NCBI GenBank assembly: GCA_001695645.1
Contig: LVZN01000004.1
Coordinates: forward strand, 1 to 32,000
DNA length: 32,000 nt
Direction: 5' to 3'
Origin: Erysipelotrichaceae bacterium MTC7
GTDB lineage: Bacteria > Bacillota_I > Bacilli_A > Erysipelotrichales > Erysipelotrichaceae
Shown here: piece after piece, positions 9,849 to 16,365 of the stretch
Layout: every line of letters begins with the position of its first letter
Position numbering within the stretch: the stretch's first letter is position 1
The notes under the pieces: generated by a model
What the model was told of the DNA's origin: nothing
Database searches by the model: none
Seen by the model: only the letters and a program-made list of their open reading frames with translations
Translations under genes and position numbers: made by a program

Positions 9849-9868
9849 GGAGATATTGCAATATCTCC
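9849..9868. repeat. Perfect 20-bp palindrome in the EIIC-EIIB intercistronic spacer
   Basis: GGAGATATTGCAATATCTCC is identical to its reverse complement. It lies 21 nt after the EIIC stop and 41 nt before the EIIB start, with no U-tract after it on the minus strand. Confidence 0.9.
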
Positions 9869-9888
9869 CCTTCTGTTTACGTATAAAT

Positions 9889-11265
9889 TTAGTCTACTTT
9901 TTTCTTTGGTGCGATAAAGTTATATGCGATTGGGATTAAGAACAATACGATACATACAACCATTAAGGCGTTTCCTTGCACGAATTGTGCAATGTTTCCA
10001 AAGAAGATTCCAGCAATTGAGAAATCTGCATCTGAGAATGTTGTATTTGCAAAGTTCAACGCTCCCATAACCGGCATACAAATTGCAGGTAAGAATGTAA
10101 TTAACAATCCATGGAAGAATGATCCTACCACACATCCACGTAATCCACCTTCAGCATTTCCGAAGACTCCGGCAGTTGCCCCACAGAAGAAGTGTGGAAT
10201 AACACCAGGTAAAATTAAAGCAACAGGCATTAATGAAGAGTTGATGAATCCAAGAATGAACAATCCAACAATTCCACCAAAGAATGATACTAGAAACCCA
10301 ATAAGCACAGCGTTAGGTGCATAAGGGAATACCACTGGACAGTCAAGTGCAGGTTTTGCATTTGGTACGATTTTTTCAGCGATACCTTTAAATGCAGGTA
10401 CGATTTCTCCGATAATTAAACGCACTCCAGATAAGATAATGTAAACTCCTCCAGAGAAGTTCAAGCCACGAATGAATGCCCAAATAAACCAGTTTTCTCC
10501 ATTGAAGATTGGATCTAAGATTTCTGCATCACCTTTACCAACAGCAACTGCTGTGACTAAAATGAAGAACACAACCATCGTTAATCCAATGGCAACTGTT
10601 GTATCACGTAAGAATGAAATACGTTTTGGGAAGTTAATATCTTCAGATGATTTTTTCCCTTTCACCAATTTACCAATTTGTGCAGAGAACCAGTATCCAA
10701 ATCCACCAAAGTGTCCAAATGCTAATTCATCTGTATTAACAATTTTACGCATCGTTGGCTGACAAATCGCTGGTGAAAGAACCATGATTAATCCAAGTAC
10801 CAATCCACCAGAAATAATTAATGGAACGCCTGATAAACCACCAACGTTTAAGATGACCGCAAGCATACAAGCCATGTATAGCGTGTGGTGACCTGTTAAG
10901 AAAATGTAGTTTAATCTTGAGAAACGAGCAATGATAATGTTTGCGACCATTCCCGCACACATAATGTATGCAGTTTCTTTTGCGAACTCTTCAAGTCCTA
11001 AAGAAACAATCGCTTCATTGTTAGGAACAACACCTTGTACACCAAAGGCATAGTTGAATAGCGTTCCAAAGTCATTGAGTGATCCTGTTTGCAAGAAACT
11101 TGCACCAGCTGATAAGACGAGAAACCCAACAATTGTTTTTACGGTCCCTTTAACAACATCTTCAACCGGTTTCTTTTGTAAGATGAGTCCAAGTAGAGCC
11201 ATCAAACCAACAAGAATCGCAGGTGTAGATAAAATATCTAAAACTATTTGTAATACACTGTTCAT
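9889..11265 (-). CDS. PTS ascorbate-family EIIC permease (UlaA/SgaT-like)
   Basis: The ORF track extends to 11430. I start at MNSVLQIVLDILSTPAILVGL (ATG 11263-11265) with SD GGGGG upstream. The polytopic membrane protein of about 458 aa matches SgaT/UlaA in length and character. The upstream in-frame extension overlaps the EIIA gene. Confidence 0.85.
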   Translation of the reverse strand: MNSVLQIVLDILSTPAILVGLMALLGLILQKKPVEDVVKGTVKTIVGFLVLSAGASFLQTGSLNDFGTLFNYAFGVQGVVPNNEAIVSLGLEEFAKETAYIMCAGMVANIIIARFSRLNYIFLTGHHTLYMACMLAVILNVGGLSGVPLIISGGLVLGLIMVLSPAICQPTMRKIVNTDELAFGHFGGFGYWFSAQIGKLVKGKKSSEDINFPKRISFLRDTTVAIGLTMVVFFILVTAVAVGKGDAEILDPIFNGENWFIWAFIRGLNFSGGVYIILSGVRLIIGEIVPAFKGIAEKIVPNAKPALDCPVVFPYAPNAVLIGFLVSFFGGIVGLFILGFINSSLMPVALILPGVIPHFFCGATAGVFGNAEGGLRGCVVGSFFHGLLITFLPAICMPVMGALNFANTTFSDADFSIAGIFFGNIAQFVQGNALMVVCIVLFLIPIAYNFIAPKKKVD

Positions 11266-11293
11266 ATGTAAACCCCCTTTTTTGTTTAAACAG

Positions 11294-11740
11294 TTATTCT
11301 TTTGCAGCTGCGATGAATTGCGCGTACGCATCATCTGCAGTTGCCGCAGTTGCAAGTTTTTCAATGCGGTTTTCATCCGAGAATATATTGGAAATTGCCT
11401 GCATTGCTTGCATGTGTGATTCCGAATCACTTGCAGCTAGTGTCACCAACAAGCGTACGTCGTATCCATCTGGTTTGAAACGTACCGGTTGACGCAACAC
11501 GGTAAGCGCGAGTTGTTTTTCGTTCACCCCACAATCAGAACTTGCATGAAGTAACGCCAGGTCTTTACACAAAACATAGTATGGTCCAAATGTATGTGTG
11601 TTCGTAATGATGGCATCTATGTACCTAGGTTCCACATAGTTTCCATCAACAAGCGGCTGTACACCAACATGAATGGCCTCTTGCCAATCTTCTACACGTT
11701 CAACAATTTGAACATTCTCTCTTTTTAACATATCTTTCAT
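11294..11740 (-). CDS. PTS EIIA component, mannitol/fructose/ascorbate type (PTS_EIIA_2, UlaC-like)
   Basis: The ORF track extends to 11827. I start at MKDMLKRENV (ATG 11738-11740) directly after SD AGGAGG. It is 148 aa with the active-site region LALLHASSD. Confidence 0.85.
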   Translation of the reverse strand: MKDMLKRENVQIVERVEDWQEAIHVGVQPLVDGNYVEPRYIDAIITNTHTFGPYYVLCKDLALLHASSDCGVNEKQLALTVLRQPVRFKPDGYDVRLLVTLAASDSESHMQAMQAISNIFSDENRIEKLATAATADDAYAQFIAAAKE

Positions 11741-11770
11741 GTTACCTCCTGTCGTACTTCTTACAAGCAC

Positions 11771-11799
11771 ATTATCGATGAATCTAGGAATAAAAAGAA
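11771..11799 (-). promoter_or_regulatory. Candidate activator-dependent promoter of the Ula-type PTS/transketolase operon
   Basis: Minus strand reads a weak -35 TTCTTT (11794-11799), a 17-nt spacer, then -10 GATAAT (11771-11776), 30 nt upstream of the ATG. The -35 lies 10 nt downstream of the palindromic operator candidate. Confidence 0.3.
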
Positions 11800-11809
11800 G
11801 TCCAAGTTC

Positions 11810-11827
11810 TTGCAAATGTTTGTGCAA
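11810..11827. promoter_or_regulatory. Operator candidate 1: TTGCACA-AACA-TTTGCAA (minus-strand reading)
   Basis: 7-4-7 inverted repeat with one arm mismatch. It is nested inside perfect 9-bp outer arms GTCCAAGTT (11800-11808) / AACTTGGAC (11828-11836). It matches the site at 12738-12757 at 17 of 18 positions once one site is read in reverse complement. Confidence 0.5.
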
Positions 11828-11957
11828 AACTTGGACATTGTGTCATATTATGTGATTTAAAAAGGGGGAAATCCCACATCAACACGTATCCCTACACAGT
11901 CCTATTCTATCAAAAAACGACAGGAAAATTAAGTCGATTATCCTATAGACACGGCAA

Positions 11958-11998
11958 ATAAAAAACCAACGTCCTGAGTCTTTGTCATTTCGTTGGTT
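11958..11998 (-). terminator. Terminator after deoC
   Basis: 8-bp stem AACCAACG (11964-11971) / CGTTGGTT (11991-11998) with a large 19-nt loop, followed on the minus strand by TTTTTTATTT. It starts 17 nt after the deoC stop. Confidence 0.5.
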
Positions 11999-12015
11999 AT
12001 TTTTATTTAGTAAGT

Positions 12016-12678
12016 CTAGTATCCACCTTCAACTTTTAAGCCGGCAACCAGTTTCACTCCGGAACTAGTTCCAATGCGTGTCGCTCCTGCTTCGATCATT
12101 TTTTCAACGTCTTCAGCACTACGCACACCACCAGCAGCTTTGACTTCTGCCTTGTCACCTACTGTGTCTTTCATCAATTTCACAACACGAGGATTTGCAC
12201 CTTCGGTTGAGAAACCTGTGCTTGTTTTCACAAAGTGTGCACCTGCTTCAAGGCATAACTCACTTGCTTTGATAATTTCTTCGTCTGTTAGTAAACATGT
12301 TTCTAAGATGACTTTCACAATGTTTCCTTGTGCAGCTTCAACGACAGCACGTACATCTTCACGTACAACATCGTAGTTCTTTCCTTTAAGTTCACCGATG
12401 TTTTGTACCATATCGATTTCGGTTGCACCTTGTTCAATTGCAACTTTTGTTTCCCATGCTTTTGCTGCTGTACTCATTGCACCTAGTGGAAAACCAACCA
12501 CGGTACATACCTTCACATCAGTACCTGCTAGTTGCTTTGCACAAAATGGAACCCAATATGAGTTTACACAAACACTCATAAAGTCATGTTCTTTTGCTTC
12601 CTTACAAAGTTGTTCAATTTGATCACGCGTTGCATCTGCTTTTAATAACGTGTGATCGATTAATTTATTCATTTTCAT
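12016..12678 (-). CDS. deoC: Deoxyribose-phosphate aldolase
   Basis: 220 aa with hallmark DeoC motifs: IDHTLLK, SVCVN, VKVILET, the Schiff-base Lys region FVKTSTGF, and [15 protein letters not shown] is upstream. Confidence 0.9.
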   Translation of the reverse strand: MKMNKLIDHTLLKADATRDQIEQLCKEAKEHDFMSVCVNSYWVPFCAKQLAGTDVKVCTVVGFPLGAMSTAAKAWETKVAIEQGATEIDMVQNIGELKGKNYDVVREDVRAVVEAAQGNIVKVILETCLLTDEEIIKASELCLEAGAHFVKTSTGFSTEGANPRVVKLMKDTVGDKAEVKAAGGVRSAEDVEKMIEAGATRIGTSSGVKLVAGLKVEGGY

Positions 12679-12701
12679 AACTATGTTCTCCTTGTACTCT
12701 C

Positions 12702-12730
12702 ATTGTACATCTTTTCCTAAAAAGGAAAAG
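12702..12730 (-). promoter_or_regulatory. Candidate activator-dependent promoter of deoC
   Basis: Minus strand reads a weak -35 CTTTTC (12725-12730), a 17-nt spacer, then -10 TACAAT (12702-12707), 23 nt upstream of the ATG. An AT-rich hairpin CTTTTCCT-N4-AGGAAAAG (12711-12730) overlaps the -35/spacer. Confidence 0.3.
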
Positions 12731-12737
12731 CCCAACA

Positions 12738-12757
12738 TTTGCACAAACATGTGCAAA
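12738..12757. promoter_or_regulatory. Operator candidate 2: perfect palindrome TTTGCACA-AACA-TGTGCAAA
   Basis: Perfect 8-4-8 inverted repeat. It lies 6 nt downstream of the PRD-regulator stop codon and is centred about 70 nt upstream of the deoC ATG. Confidence 0.5.
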
Positions 12758-12763
12758 CCCTTG

Positions 12764-14788
12764 CTAAGCTTGCAAAGCCTCGCTCATTACTTGTAACATT
12801 TGCTCTGCATTTTTGCAAGCGAGAATCTTGGATTGTGTTGCTTCATCAGAAAACAGCTTCATCACATCTTGCAAAATCTTTAAATGCTTTACATTGTCTT
12901 CTGCTGCTAGCACCAAAATGATCCGTGCAATTCGTTGTTTAGGAAAGAACACACCTGACTCAAACACATTTAAGTTAAAGTCCAATTGTGCAACGCCATC
13001 TTCTGGCTTGGCATGTGCAAGTACCACATGTTCCGTAATAAACATATAAGGACCCATGTGTCTGGTTTGTTGAATCATCGCATCAACAAAGCCATTGGTA
13101 ATGCTTTTTCGTTCCACCAATGGTTTGGCAGAAATTCGAAAGGCTTCTTGCCAGTCGTAATCCTCTTGGTAGAAGTTTATATTTGTTTCATCTAGAAAGG
13201 CCATCATGCCTCGACTTCCATCCTTTAAAGGATGATAGCGTACCTCATTCAACCCATCAAGGTACCGTTGTAAGTCGACTTTTAAAGCATCAGCATCCTT
13301 TGGATCGATGTAGCCTTTGATGACTTCATACAAATCCTCAACATATACTTGCTTCTTGGTTGACGTACGCATACATTTACGCAAGATCAACACGCGGTCT
13401 GCATCCGATAAGATGGGTCGCACTTGAATGCAGTTTGGACAATTGGGTATCTCAACTGTCGAGATAATCACTTGATAATCCTCCACTTTGACATTTGAGT
13501 TGCGAAGTCCCGTCACATCGATGCGATCTGCATGCGGAATCAGTGTTGTGACTTCTGCACGCAACATATTTCCAGTGGAAATCCCATTTGGACATACAAT
13601 TAAGATGTTCATCTTTTCTTCGTTTTGGTGAGTTGTGATAAATCCACCAAAGTGCAATGTTAAATAAGCAACTTCATTGTCCGCAATTGGTACGCCAATT
13701 TTCTGTTCGATGTACTCGACTGCTTTTTTGGTAATTGCAAACAATTCTGGGTACTGTACTTTAATATCTTGAATGAGTGGGTTTCCAATTTGAATCCCAT
13801 AACGATAGCGATACAAACTCGCTTTCAAATGGACAAAAATACTACGTTCCACTTCTGCTTTATTTTCAAATTCAACACATGCTAAGCGTGAAAACTCACT
13901 AACCAAAGCTGCCGCCAAATCGAAGGCTTCTTGGTCTTCATGAACATCAATGATGTCAATCGCAACGGATTGCAAGCGTGAGCCTAGTAGATGTAACGCC
14001 AGATAGATACACTCATCTTCCGATAAGTCATTAAACTTTCGTTGCACAAGGGTGAATTCATAGGTATCTGTAATCTTATTTTTATCCACATCGCTAAAGT
14101 GTAACAGTTCATGATTGTGGACAAGTGCAGGCACAAAGTATGCAAGAGATACCAGTGTATCACGAACGTACTGTGTATCGAGTGTTTTTTCAATGTAGTC
14201 AAACTTACGCAGGTTTTCTTCCACTTGTTCTTGGTATGGCGAAACTAAGACCCCGGTTTGGTAATAGCGAATCAGTTCCGGAAAATACAAGAAGAAAAGT
14301 GCACGTTTACGAATGGTATCACCTTGCATGGTATAACCACTTTTATTCTCAAACTTCAGTTTTAAACCAAATTCGTGCAATTTGCTAGAAGCAACTTTTA
14401 AATCGTTGATGATTGTGTTTCTTGATACTTGGCAAGCGTCCATGAAATCTTCAATTAATAAAGGTTTATCTCGTAATGACACCATACATATGACAATGAG
14501 AACTCTCTCCGTTGGTGAAAAGTAAATGCTACGTGCAAGCGGTACATCACTCAACAATGTATGGATCACATCCTTTTGTTTTTGTGACAAATGAATTCCT
14601 TTGCTACGTTCCACACTTATTTCTTCTATTTTATGCGCGGTTAAAAACTCATTCACCTTACACAAATCGTAGTACACACTACGCTTAGAGATTTGTTTTT
14701 CTTCGGCGATATCACTAATGCTAATATACGCTTCACTTTGCAGAAGTGTATTCAACAGTTCTTGACAGCGCGCTTCCAGTTGATTCAT
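12764..14788 (-). CDS. PRD domain-containing transcriptional activator, MtlR/LicR/ManR architecture (HTH-HTH-PRD1-PRD2-EIIB(Gat)-like-EIIA(Mtl)-like)
   Basis: 674 aa. It has N-terminal winged-helix/HTH regions and PRD motifs with His (IYLALHLLGS; FVHLKASLYRYRYG ... AYLTLHFGG). The EIIB-like segment ILIVCPNGISTGNML retains Cys. The C-terminal EIIA-like domain retains His (VVLAHAKPEDG). SD GGGGGA is upstream. Confidence 0.85.
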   Translation of the reverse strand: MNQLEARCQELLNTLLQSEAYISISDIAEEKQISKRSVYYDLCKVNEFLTAHKIEEISVERSKGIHLSQKQKDVIHTLLSDVPLARSIYFSPTERVLIVICMVSLRDKPLLIEDFMDACQVSRNTIINDLKVASSKLHEFGLKLKFENKSGYTMQGDTIRKRALFFLYFPELIRYYQTGVLVSPYQEQVEENLRKFDYIEKTLDTQYVRDTLVSLAYFVPALVHNHELLHFSDVDKNKITDTYEFTLVQRKFNDLSEDECIYLALHLLGSRLQSVAIDIIDVHEDQEAFDLAAALVSEFSRLACVEFENKAEVERSIFVHLKASLYRYRYGIQIGNPLIQDIKVQYPELFAITKKAVEYIEQKIGVPIADNEVAYLTLHFGGFITTHQNEEKMNILIVCPNGISTGNMLRAEVTTLIPHADRIDVTGLRNSNVKVEDYQVIISTVEIPNCPNCIQVRPILSDADRVLILRKCMRTSTKKQVYVEDLYEVIKGYIDPKDADALKVDLQRYLDGLNEVRYHPLKDGSRGMMAFLDETNINFYQEDYDWQEAFRISAKPLVERKSITNGFVDAMIQQTRHMGPYMFITEHVVLAHAKPEDGVAQLDFNLNVFESGVFFPKQRIARIILVLAAEDNVKHLKILQDVMKLFSDEATQSKILACKNAEQMLQVMSEALQA

Positions 14789-14833
14789 TGGCTATCCCCC
14801 TATCGATTTCACTTTTTTTACACACACATCGGA

Positions 14834-15274
14834 TTATGCTGTTTCTTCTTTTCGATTTTCAATGATATGTTTTTCAATTGCTTCAAAGCGTCCCGACATT
14901 TTTGCCTTTGCGCTAAATTCACGGAACTTACGAATGATCGCTTGCAAAGAATTCTTTGAATCTGCGACTTCCGTATAACGGATTTTAATTTTATATGGAC
15001 CTTTACTTTCTATTTCATGTTTGAAATATTGTTTTCCATCCGGTACGTCCATTTCCATTGCATACACTTTTCCATATTCAAATTCGGTAATTACTTTACG
15101 CGAAATAAAGTTTCCCGTTTTTAATTGATAGGTTTGTTTGTATGAAAATCCAGGTTTGATATCACTGGTATTCACACGTTTACGTGTCGCTTTCGGTAAT
15201 TCTTGCACAAAGCTATTTACGATAAAATCAAAATACTCATCTGCTGAAATGTTTAAGGTTTTGGCTAACTTCAT
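14834..15274 (-). CDS. DUF3284-like small protein
   Basis: 146 aa. The N-terminus MKLAKTLNISADEYFDFIVNSFVQEL and the size resemble, from memory, the Firmicutes DUF3284 family found next to PTS loci. The ATG overlaps the ROK stop codon (ATGA). Confidence 0.55.
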   Translation of the reverse strand: MKLAKTLNISADEYFDFIVNSFVQELPKATRKRVNTSDIKPGFSYKQTYQLKTGNFISRKVITEFEYGKVYAMEMDVPDGKQYFKHEIESKGPYKIKIRYTEVADSKNSLQAIIRKFREFSAKAKMSGRFEAIEKHIIENRKEETA

Positions 15275-16167
15275 GCCACTACCTTTGTAAATGCAAGTGC
15301 TGCTGCCCCAATCAATCCGCTGTCTTCATCCAAGTTTGATTTTTGAATGTTTACGTATTGACGTAAGTTATCAAATGTTTTCGTTTCAACACGACGTTGA
15401 ATGTCTTCAACAAATCCATCGATCTTTAAAGCAACACTTCCACCTAAAATGACAATTTCTGGGTCCAGCAAGTTGATGATGCTTGCAATACCGTTTGCTA
15501 AATATTCTTTTGCATCTTCCATAACTTCTTTCGCTTGCGCATTTCCTTCATTTGCAAGATCGTTCACTTCTCCCGCATGTTTTACGTCCAATCCTTTGGC
15601 AATGGCACGTGCGGTAATCGCTGTTCCACTACTAATGGCTTCAATTCCTCCAGGTTTAATAATTCCATGGCTTGGTCCATTACGCCACAATGGCATATTG
15701 GCAATCTCGTGCGCAAATCCATGTGCCCCTTGATAGATTTCACGGTTGATGACTAGACCAGCTCCTACACCAGTGGAAATGGTAAGAAACGAAACGTAAC
15801 GGTATTCTTTTCCTTTTCCGATGGTTGCTTCTGCTAAGGTTGCTAAGTTTGCATCGTTTTCCAAGAACACAGGAACCCCTAATAATTCTTTCATTTCATC
15901 AGCTAACTTAAAGAAATGCCAACCTGGTAAGTTTGGTGCATCAAGTACTGCTCCATTAATCAAATCCAATGGTCCTGGACAAGATACGCCAGTTCCAACG
16001 ATTTCTTTGTCAAAGCCTTTGATGCTTTCTTTAATTTTTTTCAATGTGTTTTGTGGTTCATTTACATCTGTAGCAAATTGTACACGTTCAAGTACTTCGT
16101 AAGTATCACTAATCAAAGCTACGCGTGTATTTGTCCCACCAATATCAATTCCTACTGCATATTTCAT
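15271..16167 (-). CDS. ROK family sugar kinase (paralogue 1)
   Basis: 298 aa. It has the N-terminal ATP-binding motif GIDIGGTNTR and ENDANLA, but no Cys-rich zinc motif. SD AGGAGGAG is upstream. Confidence 0.85.
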   Translation of the reverse strand: MKYAVGIDIGGTNTRVALISDTYEVLERVQFATDVNEPQNTLKKIKESIKGFDKEIVGTGVSCPGPLDLINGAVLDAPNLPGWHFFKLADEMKELLGVPVFLENDANLATLAEATIGKGKEYRYVSFLTISTGVGAGLVINREIYQGAHGFAHEIANMPLWRNGPSHGIIKPGGIEAISSGTAITARAIAKGLDVKHAGEVNDLANEGNAQAKEVMEDAKEYLANGIASIINLLDPEIVILGGSVALKIDGFVEDIQRRVETKTFDNLRQYVNIQKSNLDEDSGLIGAAALAFTKVVA

Positions 16168-16205
16168 TTTTGTCTCCTCCTAATATAAAGATGTCTGCCT
16201 TTTTC

Positions 16206-16211
16206 ATTATA
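16206..16211 (-). promoter_or_regulatory. Candidate -10 box (TATAAT) for the ROK1-DUF3284-regulator transcription unit
   Basis: The minus strand reads TTTTATCGTATAAT about 38 nt upstream of the ATG. No good -35 was found. Confidence 0.3.
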
Positions 16212-16262
16212 CGATAAAAAAGTTGAATGTACTACCACCGTTGGTGTGAATTCTTGAAGAAT

Positions 16263-16277
16263 ATGATAGCGCATTCA
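16263..16277. promoter_or_regulatory. Candidate cre (CcpA) site upstream of ROK paralogue 1
   Basis: ATGATAGCGCATTCA matches WTGNAANCGNWNNCW at 14 of 15 positions (mismatch at position 5). Confidence 0.3.
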
Positions 16278-16307
16278 CATACGGCTTTACCGTGAAACAC
16301 GACATAA

Positions 16308-16337
16308 ACAAAAAGAAGACCCTATACTGATCTTCCT
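16308..16337 (-). terminator. Terminator after ROK paralogue 2
   Basis: 9-bp stem (16313-16321 / 16329-16337, two G-U pairs in the minus-strand RNA) with a 7-nt loop, followed on the minus strand by TTTTTG. Confidence 0.5.
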
Positions 16338-16365
16338 TTCGTTTAAGAGATACATAATGATTCTT

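Noticed and set aside
11810-11827. Resemblance of TTGCAC-N6-TTGCA to a sigma-54 -24/-12 promoter (TGGCAC-N5-TTGCA).
   Set aside because: The essential GG of the -24 element is TG and the spacing is off by one. The second copy (12738-12757) does not fit at all. Neither regulator in the window has a sigma-54 AAA+ activator domain. The palindromic symmetry fits an operator better.
11800-11836. Possibility that the 37-nt palindrome is a RAT/terminator element for BglG-type antitermination.
   Set aside because: The adjacent regulator has N-terminal HTH DNA-binding domains rather than a CAT RNA-binding domain. No U-tract follows the stem on the coding strand, and the element lies upstream of the likely -35/-10 rather than in a leader.
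12711-12730. Hairpin CTTTTCCT-N4-AGGAAAAG between the PRD regulator gene and deoC, considered as the regulator's terminator.
   Set aside because: The stem is AT-rich and only 8 bp, with no downstream U-tract on the minus strand, and it overlaps the proposed deoC -35/spacer. At best it is a weak pause site, so it is not called as a terminator.
16206-16219. Identical 14-mer ATTATACGATAAAA (minus-strand reading TTTTATCGTATAAT) at 16206-16219 upstream of ROK1 and at 21466-21479 upstream of pepT. The pepT copy has an extra tandem TTTTATCG.
   Set aside because: The shared segment is essentially a consensus -10 box plus AT-rich upstream sequence, so a chance or promoter-driven match is plausible in AT-rich intergenic DNA. 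I see no palindromic structure suggesting a regulator site. It may be worth a motif scan but does not support a claim.
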